From NCBI GenBank assembly GCA_020634855.1, contig JACKAU010000008.1, positions 360,503-384,502 on the forward strand: a stretch of DNA of 24,000 nt, read 5' to 3'. The notes under the pieces were generated by a model. The model was not told the DNA's origin, ran no database searches, and saw nothing but the letters and a program-made list of their open reading frames with translations. The stretch's first letter is position 1, and each line of letters opens with the position of its first letter. Made by a program: the position numbers and the translations under genes. The stretch comes from Anaerolineales bacterium. GTDB lineage: Bacteria; Chloroflexota; Anaerolineae; 4572-78; J111. This document shows, in pieces, positions 15,574 to 24,000 of the stretch.

Positions 15574-16882
15574 GGGCTAACACCTCCTGCCAGACCGGGC
15601 CTTGGGGATATTCATAGCGGTCTAAACTTTCAGGAAACATCTGAATGCTGTACCCCGGCCGCTGGGGAGGGACGTAATGGCCATTCTTAATGACGCATGG
15701 GTCAAGAAAATGTTCATGCAGATGGTCGACATATTCGACAATCCGGTTCTCTAATGAGCCGCTAATATAGATGTAATCGAGCATGGCCAGATGCTGAACG
15801 TATTCGCACAAGCCCACCCCACCGGCGTGGGGACAGACCGGCACGCCAAATTTGGCCGCCATCAGCAACACGGCTAAGACCTCATTGACCCCGCCCAGGC
15901 GACAACTATCAATCTGACAAAAGCGAATGGCCTGGGCTTGAAACAGTTGTTTGAAGATAATCCGATTGTGACACATCTCACCCGTGGCCACGCCGATGGG
16001 GGCCACCGCCTGGGCAATCCGCGCGTGACCCAGCACATCATCGGGGCTGGTCGGTTCTTCAATCCACCAGGGTTGAAACTCGGCCAGATGCGACATCCAC
16101 TCGATCGCCTCGTCGACCGACCAGACCTGATTGGCATCAACCATCAATTTGCGCTCAGGGCCAATAATCGCCCGGATCAGACGGCAGCGACGGATGTCAT
16201 CGGCTAAATCGCGCCCGACTTTAATCTTGAAGTGAGACCACCCCTGAGCGAGGCCCACTTCACAGGCTTGTTTGATCTTGTCATCGGGGTAGCCTAACCA
16301 CCCGGCCGACGTGGTATAAGCCGGATAACCTTCGGCGGCCAGATGGGCGATGCGTTCGGCGCGGCTGGCGGCATTGTGCCGGAGGAGTTCCAGAGCCTCA
16401 GCGGGCGTAATGGCGTCGGTGATGTAGCGAAAGTCGATGCATTGGACCAGTTCTTCGGGCGACATATCGGCTAACAAACGCCACAGCGGTTTCCCCTCGA
16501 CTTTAGCGTACAAATCCCACACGGCATTGACGACGGCCGCGGTGGCCAAGTGGATGACGCCTTTTTCAGGCCCCACCCAGCGCAATTGACTATCCCCGGT
16601 GATATGCTGCCAAAAAGCCCCCATATTGACCGTGAACGAGGCCAGAGTATGGCCGACAATATGCGGCCGCAGGGCCTCGATAGCCGCGACACATAACTCA
16701 TTGCCCCGGCCAATGGTAAAGGTGAGACCATGCCCTTCTAGCCCGGCGGGGTGATCCGTATGAAGAATGACGTAAGCCGCCGAATAGTCGGGGTCAGGGT
16801 TCATAGCGTCGGAGCCATCTAACGCGTGGGAGGTTGGAAAACGAATATCTCGAACCGTAATATTGGTGATTGTTGTCATCAT
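15557..16882 (-). CDS. fucD: L-fuconate dehydratase (enolase superfamily, mandelate racemase subgroup)
   Basis: 441 aa. The N-terminus VRDIRFPTSHALDGSDAMNPDPDYSAAYVIL...GLTFTIGRGNE is nearly identical in pattern to characterised Xanthomonas FucD. FKIKVG, MVDANQVW and WIEEPTSPDD metal-ligand motifs are present. Confidence 0.88.
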   Translation of the reverse strand: MMTTITNITVRDIRFPTSHALDGSDAMNPDPDYSAAYVILHTDHPAGLEGHGLTFTIGRGNELCVAAIEALRPHIVGHTLASFTVNMGAFWQHITGDSQLRWVGPEKGVIHLATAAVVNAVWDLYAKVEGKPLWRLLADMSPEELVQCIDFRYITDAITPAEALELLRHNAASRAERIAHLAAEGYPAYTTSAGWLGYPDDKIKQACEVGLAQGWSHFKIKVGRDLADDIRRCRLIRAIIGPERKLMVDANQVWSVDEAIEWMSHLAEFQPWWIEEPTSPDDVLGHARIAQAVAPIGVATGEMCHNRIIFKQLFQAQAIRFCQIDSCRLGGVNEVLAVLLMAAKFGVPVCPHAGGVGLCEYVQHLAMLDYIYISGSLENRIVEYVDHLHEHFLDPCVIKNGHYVPPQRPGYSIQMFPESLDRYEYPQGPVWQEVLAHAGHH

Positions 16883-16893
16883 AACCTTTACAG

Positions 16894-17865
16894 TTAATTG
16901 TTCTTGGGTAACCGATTATCCGCCAGGGCGGTTTTAAAACAATCAATGGTTTGAGCCACCCCTGCGGCGAGGGGGGTATGGGGAATCTCGCCCAGCAATT
17001 GGCGTAGGGCGGTATCTTCCGCGCCGTCGGGAAAGGAAAGGGGCTGGTCATCAAAGGTGATCTGGCCGGCCATGGCCGGCTCAGCCGCCTCGATGGCGGC
17101 GATGACGTCTTGTACATGCACGACATCACCTTTAATATTGAACACATCAGCGCCGGCAAAGGGGGTTCGCGCCGCCTGAATAAAAATCTTGGCCACATCA
17201 TCAACGTATTGGAACCCGTTTTTGCCCCCATACGGGATGTGAAACGCTTCACCGCGAGCCGCAGCCAACATAGCTTGCGTTGGGGTTGAGGTCAGGCCCT
17301 GATCACGGCCCGGGCCATAAATAGTGTAGGGGCGTAAGCCGATGCTGGCCAGTCCATCATCCTGCCAGTAGACACGGGCGGTGTCTTCATTAGCCTGCTT
17401 GTACACCCCGTAGAGGGTATGCGGTCGGCGCCGGGCTTGGTGAGGCATTAAGGGTTCAACATATTCATCCTTACGGCCGTACACGGCTACGCTGCTGGCG
17501 TAGACAACCTGTTTCAGGTCCATTTTTTTGGCGGCCTCAAACACGTTAACCGTACCCACCACATTTACGGCCGCGCCCAGGGGTGGATCGGCCTTGCAAA
17601 ATGGCACTTGTAGCGCCGCCAGGTGAATAATGTGAGTGGCCTCGGCGGCTTCAACGGCCTCAAGAAGCGTAGCTGTTTGGGTCAAGTCACCCTGGATGAA
17701 ACGAACCTGGGCTAATTCATCCGGCTGCATAATTAATTCCAGCCGATGTTTATGGGTTCCTAAATCAAACACCGTGGTGTTGATCTGGTCTTGAACCAGT
17801 TTGCGTACCACCCACGCCCCCAAACAGCCCAGCGCGCCGGTAATTAAAAAATTCTGCCTAGACAT
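16894..17865 (-). CDS. extended-SDR NAD(P)-dependent epimerase/dehydratase-family oxidoreductase
   Basis: 323 aa with Rossmann motif ITGALGCLG and catalytic YGVYK (YxxxK). The size and C-terminal substrate domain are typical of extended SDRs. Confidence 0.8.
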   Translation of the reverse strand: MSRQNFLITGALGCLGAWVVRKLVQDQINTTVFDLGTHKHRLELIMQPDELAQVRFIQGDLTQTATLLEAVEAAEATHIIHLAALQVPFCKADPPLGAAVNVVGTVNVFEAAKKMDLKQVVYASSVAVYGRKDEYVEPLMPHQARRRPHTLYGVYKQANEDTARVYWQDDGLASIGLRPYTIYGPGRDQGLTSTPTQAMLAAARGEAFHIPYGGKNGFQYVDDVAKIFIQAARTPFAGADVFNIKGDVVHVQDVIAAIEAAEPAMAGQITFDDQPLSFPDGAEDTALRQLLGEIPHTPLAAGVAQTIDCFKTALADNRLPKNN

Positions 17866-17893
17866 GCAAGCTCCCTAATCATTATACTCTTAC

Positions 17894-18922
17894 TTAACCT
17901 TTGACCGCGCCGACCAATAAGCCCCGGGCAATGTAGCGTTCGAGGACAATGGCCATCGCGATAACCGGGATAATCATAATCAGAATCAGAACCGACATAT
18001 TCCACCATTGTGGTCCACGGGTGGCATTTTGGCTGGAGATGACGTAGGGCAGTGTTTGCGCTTTGGCCCCGGACAAGAACAGCGCCAGCAGATACTCATT
18101 CCAGGTGAAGACCAGGACAAACAGAAACGTAGCGACCAGGCCAGGAACGGCTAACGGCAGCACAATAGACCAGAAGATGCGATAGCGTGACGCCCCATCG
18201 ATGGCGGCGCACTCTTCCAATTCAATCGGAATTGAGCGTAAATAATCGCGCATAAGCCAAACTACAATGGGCAAGTTAATGGTCACATAAGTGATAATCA
18301 ACGCGGTTCGGGTGTCTAATAGGTTCAATTGTTGGAACAAGATATAGATGGGGATGACTACAGCAATGGGGGGTAACATACGCTGCGAGATCATCCAGAA
18401 AGCAATATCGTCATTACCCATAGAGCGCTTGAAGCGGCGGCCAATGGTCGAGAGCAAGAGAAAAAAGATGACCAGCGCAGAAATGATGGCAACCAGCCAG
18501 GGTACGCCAAAAGCAATGGCCACAATGGCCAAAGCGGCGCAGCCGATAAAGGTAAAAATCGCTCCCAGACGAGGCTGGTAATTAAAGCGGGTCAGGGCGT
18601 AGGCGCTGGCTGTGCCGAGGATTAGGGTTATGACAGCGCTGATCGGCGCGACAATCACCGTATTCAGGTAGGTGCGCCAGGTATCTTTGCTCAGGTCGCC
18701 GGCCACAATGTAATACCAGGCATCGAGGGAGGGTTGAAAGTCGACAAAGGGGAGGTAAAACGGGCCTTCGTGAACCTGAATGGGCAGCTTTAAAGAGGTT
18801 ACAACCAGCCAGTAGAGCGGAAACAGGACAATGAATGTCCAGATACCCAAGGCCACATAGGACAAGGCCATACTGGCCGGCGAAGGACGCAAGATTGATT
18901 TTCGTTGAAATAAACGGTTCAT
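17894..18922 (-). CDS. carbohydrate ABC transporter permease (MalG-like)
   Basis: 342 aa and polytopic. EAA loop ECAAIDGASRYRIFWSIVLP is present. Confidence 0.9.
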   Translation of the reverse strand: MNRLFQRKSILRPSPASMALSYVALGIWTFIVLFPLYWLVVTSLKLPIQVHEGPFYLPFVDFQPSLDAWYYIVAGDLSKDTWRTYLNTVIVAPISAVITLILGTASAYALTRFNYQPRLGAIFTFIGCAALAIVAIAFGVPWLVAIISALVIFFLLLSTIGRRFKRSMGNDDIAFWMISQRMLPPIAVVIPIYILFQQLNLLDTRTALIITYVTINLPIVVWLMRDYLRSIPIELEECAAIDGASRYRIFWSIVLPLAVPGLVATFLFVLVFTWNEYLLALFLSGAKAQTLPYVISSQNATRGPQWWNMSVLILIMIIPVIAMAIVLERYIARGLLVGAVKG

Positions 18923-18929
18923 GATCTAG

Positions 18930-20102
18930 CTATACCTTTTCCACAACGCGGTCTCGAATCAGCATGACATAGGAAACAGCGATGAAGGTCACTAAAAAGA
19001 GCAGCATATAAGCAATGGCGGCCGACTCGCCCAGATTGAGGGCGCGCCAGGCAATGAAGGATTGTAAGGTTAATGACTCGGTGGCTGTACCGGGGCCGCC
19101 ATTGGTCATGACGTTGGGCAAATCGATAATTTTAAACGCTTCAATCATCCGAATGAGGATCAGGGTCAGGCTGACCGGTAAGATGGCCGGCCAGGTGATA
19201 TGGCGAAAGATTTGCCGGTGGTTAGCGCCGTCAACGGTGGCAGCTTCGATTACGTCAGTGGCCTGACTTTCTAAAGCTGCCAGGAGGACAATAAACATAA
19301 AAGGGGTCCATTGCCAGGTATCGGCCAGCAAAATAGCGACCCGCGCCCCCCAGGGGCTAGTCACCCACGAAAAATCGGTTAGCCCCGCACCCTGCCACAA
19401 GGGGGCAAAAGGCCCCTTGCTGGTATCGGTCACCATCCGAAACATATAAGCCGCGCCCACCGGCGTAATCATCATCGGCAACAGGAACACGACTCGAAAG
19501 AAGCGGCGGCCCGGCAACTTCTGCACCACCAGCAAAGCCAGGCCCAGGCCCAACGTATACTGAAAGAAGATGCCCACAAACACATAAATGAGGGTTACGG
19601 CTACGGTACCGGGCCGGCCATCCGGCCCCAGAGTATGCACCAGTATCCAGACCAGCGCCGCCACGCCTATGACCAGCACGCCCCGGCCTAACAAACCGCC
19701 CAGTGAAACGGACGAACTCCGTATGTATCGCACCAAAAATACGGCCAACCCGACCACCACCAAACCAAAAAGGAACAAACTCAGCGGTGTAGGCGGAGCC
19801 ATAAGGCCCAAAAAGTGGGTCTGTTCCCGCCCAAACAACAGGCGATTATAGTTGTCCAGCCCCACAAATTTTAACTCAAACCCACCTAAAGCGATGCTAA
19901 AGCGGCTTAATGAGATGTAGAACGACACAATCAACGGGAAGATGGATAAAAAAAGCAGCGCCAGCACTGCCGGCCATAGAAATATCGATCCCGAGGTTCG
20001 TTCTAGCCAGTTACTTAGCTTGGACCAGGTGCGGGATAGAAATGTCATTTTATCGTTTGGTTCGATCTGGGTTTGAGGTTTAATGTCAATTTGCACTTTC
20101 AC
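18930..20102 (-). CDS. carbohydrate ABC transporter permease (MalF-like)
   Basis: 390 aa and polytopic. EAA loop EAATVDGANHRQIFRHITWPAI is present. It has a GTG start at 20100-20102, and an SD-like GAGG nearby leaves the start uncertain by about two codons. Confidence 0.88.
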   Translation of the reverse strand: MKVQIDIKPQTQIEPNDKMTFLSRTWSKLSNWLERTSGSIFLWPAVLALLFLSIFPLIVSFYISLSRFSIALGGFELKFVGLDNYNRLLFGREQTHFLGLMAPPTPLSLFLFGLVVVGLAVFLVRYIRSSSVSLGGLLGRGVLVIGVAALVWILVHTLGPDGRPGTVAVTLIYVFVGIFFQYTLGLGLALLVVQKLPGRRFFRVVFLLPMMITPVGAAYMFRMVTDTSKGPFAPLWQGAGLTDFSWVTSPWGARVAILLADTWQWTPFMFIVLLAALESQATDVIEAATVDGANHRQIFRHITWPAILPVSLTLILIRMIEAFKIIDLPNVMTNGGPGTATESLTLQSFIAWRALNLGESAAIAYMLLFLVTFIAVSYVMLIRDRVVEKV

Positions 20103-20177
20103 CTCTTTCTCATATCGGACAGTTCTTGAAAAATAAGTTAAGATGCCACCGATGTGTCTAAATCGGGGAGTAGGGAG

Positions 20178-20277
20178 TAGATTGGTCCAGTTTTCTTACG
20201 CGGGTCGTATTTCCACCAACGTAGTCTGCCTATTTGAGCCGATTCCTCGATCAAATAGCGAAAACTGGACCAATCTA
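20178..20277. repeat. 100-bp intercistronic element bounded by 18-bp perfect inverted repeats
   Basis: TAGATTGGTCCAGTTTTC (20178-20195) pairs with GAAAACTGGACCAATCTA (20260-20277). The inner 8-bp IR is CTATTTGA (20230-20237) with TCAAATAG (20251-20258). It sits between the binding-protein and first permease genes. Confidence 0.85.
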
Positions 20278-20306
20278 TTGTTCAGATCAGTTGAAACACA
20301 TCCAAA

Positions 20307-21914
20307 TTAATTGGCGCCAATCGTGGCCCGATAGGCTTCGAGTTGTTGCTCACGGCCGGCCTCATCCGTGATCTCGTCCCAGGCATCATTGATTTCCTGA
20401 GCGGCTTGATCGGTATCAAGTTCACCGGCCAGATACTGAGCCAGAATACGATCCAACTCTACCTGCTGATAACTCTGGTTTTGCGGAATGCGCAGGTCCA
20501 AAACCATGTTGGGGCTGTTCAAGCTGGCCTCGATAGCGCCCAAATAGTTGGCGGCGGCTTCCGGACTCATCCCGTTCTTAACCCAGAGTTGGCGGTTGAG
20601 GAATTGGGAGAAACGGTAGGGGTTGTACCCCGTCCGGCCGATGGTGACATCCTCATTAGCCTGGGCCGGCTGAGACATATAGGAGAAAAAGGCATAAGTG
20701 GCATCCTTCACCGTGTCGTCGGCGGCGGCATTGACCGCACCGGCCCAACCGCCAAAGGAGGCATAGGGGGCATAGTTTACGCCATCTACAGCGTAGGGGC
20801 AGGTGGTTTCATCGCAATCCACCAACTCGCCGGTTTCCCAATCCAGCACTTGGGTCGAGCCAGGGGTAATCACAGCGCCGACTTTATCCTGCACGTTTGA
20901 GTTTTCCGGGTCAATGGCCAGGGTGCCAATATCACCCCAATCCAACGAAAGGGCGCACCGGCCGGAGGTGAACAGGCCCCGCGTGTCGCCAACACCCAGA
21001 TTCAACTCGTCGGGCGGGCCATAATCGGTGGTTTCTTTGTAAACCTCTAAAGCCCGTTTGAAGGCATCGTTATTGACCAGCGGTTCCATCGTTTCCGTAT
21101 TGAAAAAGGCTCCCTGCGACGTGCCTTGGCTTTGAATAAAGGGGGCGGCAATCGAGTAGATCCACCAGTAAGATTGTTGGGCGCGAGCTTTGGCAATACA
21201 GGAACCATAGTCGCCTTCGCCGTCGCCGTCAAAGTCCTGACCGTTTAGGGTTTTGGCGATGTTCAAGTAGTCATCCCAGGTGCGGGGCGGCTCCAGTCCG
21301 GCCTCTTCTAATAGGTCGGTTCGATAATAGACCATATGGAAATCACCGTCGAGCGGAATACTATAAACTTTGCCATCGTAAGAGTTGAAATCTTGGAAGA
21401 AGGGGGCGATGTCATCCCACTCCAGGGCTTCGTCGTTATGCACCCGGTCGGTCAGGTCTTCCAAAAAACCGGCGGGGGCAAAATCAACGATCCATTGTGG
21501 CGCAAACAAGAACCCGTCGAAGCTATTGGTGCCAGTGGCCAGATCGGCCAGGGCTTTTTGGTATAGCTCGGCATTGGGCACCGTCACCACGTTAACGGTC
21601 GCGCCGGTGAGTTCCGTAAAATCGGGGCCACGGCGTTGGAGCGGTTCGGCGACTTGCGGGCCAACAAAGGTCAAAATGTTGACTTCTACGCCCTCAAATG
21701 GCTTAGCGGCGGCCTCGGCTTCAACCTCGACTATTTTTTCAACTTCCTTGACCACCTCGACCGTTTCCACAACGGTTACCGGCTCGCTCTCTTTTTCCAC
21801 CACAACGGTTTCAACGACGGTGACTGTTTCAGGCGTTGGGGGGGCGCCACAAGCGGCAACAACGGCCAGAAGTACAAACAGTACCAAAATACCTACAGGT
21901 TTAATAAAATTCAT
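20307..21914 (-). CDS. ABC transporter extracellular sugar-binding lipoprotein with a Val/Glu/Thr-rich tether
   Basis: 535 aa. The signal peptide has lipobox VAAC (Cys22), followed by about 50 aa of low-complexity ETVTVVETVVVEKESEPVTVVETVEVVKEVEKIVEVEAEAAA, then a family-1 solute-binding fold. AAGGAGG lies upstream. Confidence 0.88.
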   Translation of the reverse strand: MNFIKPVGILVLFVLLAVVAACGAPPTPETVTVVETVVVEKESEPVTVVETVEVVKEVEKIVEVEAEAAAKPFEGVEVNILTFVGPQVAEPLQRRGPDFTELTGATVNVVTVPNAELYQKALADLATGTNSFDGFLFAPQWIVDFAPAGFLEDLTDRVHNDEALEWDDIAPFFQDFNSYDGKVYSIPLDGDFHMVYYRTDLLEEAGLEPPRTWDDYLNIAKTLNGQDFDGDGEGDYGSCIAKARAQQSYWWIYSIAAPFIQSQGTSQGAFFNTETMEPLVNNDAFKRALEVYKETTDYGPPDELNLGVGDTRGLFTSGRCALSLDWGDIGTLAIDPENSNVQDKVGAVITPGSTQVLDWETGELVDCDETTCPYAVDGVNYAPYASFGGWAGAVNAAADDTVKDATYAFFSYMSQPAQANEDVTIGRTGYNPYRFSQFLNRQLWVKNGMSPEAAANYLGAIEASLNSPNMVLDLRIPQNQSYQQVELDRILAQYLAGELDTDQAAQEINDAWDEITDEAGREQQLEAYRATIGAN

Positions 21915-22132
21915 TCTCTTTAGACCTCCTTGTCCTTAAAATTACATCAGATGCTATTATTTAAACCGGTATTACTTCCCACACGAATAAATGGCCACAA
22001 CAGGCAATAAGCAATTAAATTATTTGCACCTCCTTACCATCCCTTATGGTCCGAAATAGTGAGAGACGGATGTTATAAACAAACTTGTAGTAGTATTGCG
22101 TATTGGATAACGTTATGATATGATTGGGGAGA

Positions 22133-22166
22133 AGTTGTATATATAAAACTCAGTTCTATATATAAC
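22133..22166. promoter_or_regulatory. two adjacent AT-rich palindromes, candidate IclR-type operator overlapping promoter elements
   Basis: AGTTGTATATATAAAACT (22133-22150) has 8 of 9 symmetric pairs. AGTTCTATATATAAC (22152-22166) follows with a 19-bp offset. Both lie inside the divergent control region. Confidence 0.3.
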
Positions 22167-22229
22167 GGTTTATACTATACAAATTGTTATCTGTCAAGAA
22201 TAAGAACCTTTGTACTTATATATTCGAAC

Positions 22230-22311
22230 ACGGTGACCGTCACTTCTTGTCGGAGATGAACGTCCGTTTAGCCCAAACAAGTCGACTTATCACGTCTAAG
22301 TGACTGTCACC
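22230..22311. promoter_or_regulatory. pair of GTGAC-N-GTCAC palindromes upstream of the IclR gene
   Basis: ACGGTGACCGTCACTT lies at 22230-22245 and AAGTGACTGTCACC at 22298-22311, with centres 67 bp apart. The second centre is 50 nt upstream of the iclR-type start codon. Confidence 0.35.
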
Positions 22312-22354
22312 TTTTGAACTTCTTTTATCTTTACAAAACAAATCAACGAGTAAG

Positions 22355-23173
22355 ATGTCAATGATATCAGCTAAAGCACAGGATGCCTCGGAAAAGTTTC
22401 AAGTCCCTGCCCTGGCCAAGGGATTAGATATTTTGGAGACGTTGGCTTTTGCCCTAGAGCCGCAATCGCTGACCGATTTGGCTCGGACTTTGGGGCGAAG
22501 TAAAAATGAAATTTTCAGAATGTTGGGCTACCTCGAAGCGCGTGGCTATATCGTCAAAGAGGAAAGATCGGGGAATTATTATTTATCGTTAAAACTTTAT
22601 GAACTGGCCCACACCCATACTCCCATGGAGCAGCTCTTGAAGGTAGCTACCCGCCCGATGGAAGAACTGGCTCGAGAATTGGCGCAAACCTGCACCCTAA
22701 ACGTACTACACCACTATCATGTCATCGCGGTTGCTCAGGCCCTTAGCCCCAGACGAGTGCGGTTATCTTTTGATTTAGGCCGACCTTTTTCTGTCGTCTA
22801 TTCTGTATCAGGGCGATTGCTTTTGGCTCAGTTTTCAGAGGATGATCAGACGGCATTTCTTGACCGGGTGCCCGATTATCAAGCACTAGATAAAATGGAG
22901 CAAAAAGCCTATAAAGCCAAACTTCATGACATACAGGAAAAGGGCTACGCCTTCGCGGTGAGTGAATGGTATGAGGGGGTTGAAGACATATCGGTTTTAG
23001 TTGGCAATGCCAACGCGGGTCTAATGGCGGCTTTAACCGTGCCCGGCTTCAAGTCAACCCAACGCCCCTGGGATTTTGATAAAATACTCGATGCGTCACA
23101 GCAGTGCGCCAATAGGATCATCGAGGCCGTTGGCCTAACCCCAGGTTCGCCCGTATTTAGTCAGGTCGGCTAA
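22355..23173 (+). CDS. IclR-family transcriptional regulator
   Basis: 272 aa. The N-terminal winged HTH reads LAKGLDILETLAF...QSLTDLARTLGRSKNEIFRMLGYLEARGYI, followed by a C-terminal IclR effector-binding domain pattern. Confidence 0.9.
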   Translation: MSMISAKAQDASEKFQVPALAKGLDILETLAFALEPQSLTDLARTLGRSKNEIFRMLGYLEARGYIVKEERSGNYYLSLKLYELAHTHTPMEQLLKVATRPMEELARELAQTCTLNVLHHYHVIAVAQALSPRRVRLSFDLGRPFSVVYSVSGRLLLAQFSEDDQTAFLDRVPDYQALDKMEQKAYKAKLHDIQEKGYAFAVSEWYEGVEDISVLVGNANAGLMAALTVPGFKSTQRPWDFDKILDASQQCANRIIEAVGLTPGSPVFSQVG

Positions 23174-23230
23174 ACGGGGTTGTCAAGCCAAGTCCCAACT
23201 GTAATTATTATACAGATAGAGGAGTAAATC

Positions 23231-24000
23231 ATGGAGTATCGTCAACTGGGCAAAACAGGGCTGAAGGTATCGACCTTAAGTTATGGGGCGTCGTCGCTGG
23301 GCGGGGTTTTCCATGAGATTGACGAACAGGAAGGCATCAAAACCGTTCATGCGGCTCTGGACTTGGGTATCAACTTCATCGATGTTTCGCCTTACTACGG
23401 CCTGACCAAGGCTGAAACCGTGTTAGGTAAAGCCCTCAAAGGCATCTCCCGCGACCGCTACTACCTGGCCACCAAAGTTGGTCGCTATGGCGGGGATCAG
23501 TTCGACTTTTCAGCGAAGCGAGTGACGGCCAGCGTGGACGAAAGTTTGGCCCGGCTGGGCGTTGACACCATTGACCTGATCCAGTGCCACGACATCGAGT
23601 TTGGCTCATTGGATCAAATCGTTGAGGAAACCCTGCCGGCCCTGCGCCAAATTCAAGCTCAGGGTAAAGTTCGGTTTGTGGGCATTACCGGGTTGCCGCT
23701 GAAAGTTTTCGAGTGGGTGCTGGATCGGGCGGAGATTGATACTATTCTGTCTTACTGTCGTTATTCGTTGAATGACACCTCGCTGGCCGAGCTAATCCCG
23801 GCCTTGCAGGCCAAACAGGTCGGCATCATCAGCGCCTCGCCGTTGAGCATGGGGCTGCTGACCGAACGCGGCGCGCCGGCGTGGCATCCCGCGCCCGCCG
23901 AGATCAAAGAAGCCTGCGCCCAAGCCACGGCTTATTGTCGCAGCCAGGGCGTGGACATTGCCCAATTAGCCATCCAATTTAGCCTGTCTAATCCGGATAT
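23231..24000 (+). CDS. aldo-keto reductase, L-fucose / L-galactose dehydrogenase-like (3' end outside window)
   Basis: This ORF is not in the supplied track because no stop is reached. My own translation from ATG 23231 (AGAGGAG SD) gives MEYRQLGKTGLKVSTLSYGASSLGGVF...FDFSAKRVTASVDESLARLGVDTIDLIQCHDIEFGSLDQIVEETLPALRQIQAQGKVRFVGITGLPL... This matches the pattern of plant L-galactose dehydrogenase and bacterial D-threo-aldose 1-dehydrogenases. Confidence 0.85.
   Translation, partial: MEYRQLGKTGLKVSTLSYGASSLGGVFHEIDEQEGIKTVHAALDLGINFIDVSPYYGLTKAETVLGKALKGISRDRYYLATKVGRYGGDQFDFSAKRVTASVDESLARLGVDTIDLIQCHDIEFGSLDQIVEETLPALRQIQAQGKVRFVGITGLPLKVFEWVLDRAEIDTILSYCRYSLNDTSLAELIPALQAKQVGIISASPLSMGLLTERGAPAWHPAPAEIKEACAQATAYCRSQGVDIAQLAIQFSLSNPD

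Noticed and set aside
17894-21914. Absence of an ABC ATPase gene in the transporter operon could be an anomaly
   Set aside because: CUT1-type sugar importers in many Gram-positive-like lineages share a separately encoded MsiK/MalK-type ATPase, so this is not unusual.
8393-22245. The identical 16-mers at 8393 and 22230 could be att-like boundaries of a 13.8-kb island
   Set aside because: No integrase or mobility genes are present. The IclR regulator and AKR dehydrogenase, which belong functionally with the enclosed sugar operon, lie outside the right copy. A third inverted copy fits an operator or dispersed-motif reading better.

Overview
This looks like a GC-rich bacterial chromosomal segment. 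The domain architectures resemble Chloroflexota-type genomes, but that is inference only. I found no rRNA, tRNA, CRISPR array, transposase or integrase. Gene content, left to right: two alpha/beta-hydrolases on the minus strand (1-1909); one giant plus-strand ORF (2169-8399, about 2076 aa) with XRE-HTH, NB-ARC-like NTPase, TPR, a second NB-ARC-like NTPase and 14 WD40 repeats; a 586-bp convergent intergenic region (8400-8985) with a palindrome over the stop codon, a 96-bp nested inverted repeat and a 6 x 41-bp head-to-tail tandem array; an APC amino-acid permease fused to two Usp domains (8986-11334, minus); a 630-bp hairpin-rich spacer; a FabL-like SDR; a phosphomannomutase/phosphoglucomutase; a short MBL-fold gene remnant; and a minus-strand operon (21914 down to 14728) of sugar-binding lipoprotein, two ABC permeases, an extended SDR, L-fuconate dehydratase and a fuconolactonase-like amidohydrolase. 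That operon is divergent from an IclR regulator plus an L-fucose/L-galactose-dehydrogenase-like aldo-keto reductase, which is cut by the window end. The best candidate for something undescribed is the double-STAND HTH-NTPase-TPR-NTPase-WD40 protein together with the unusual non-coding region just 3' of it. The rest is ordinary metabolism. Nearly every intergenic spacer also carries a long perfect inverted repeat. All domain and family calls come from motif reading by eye, since no database search was possible.
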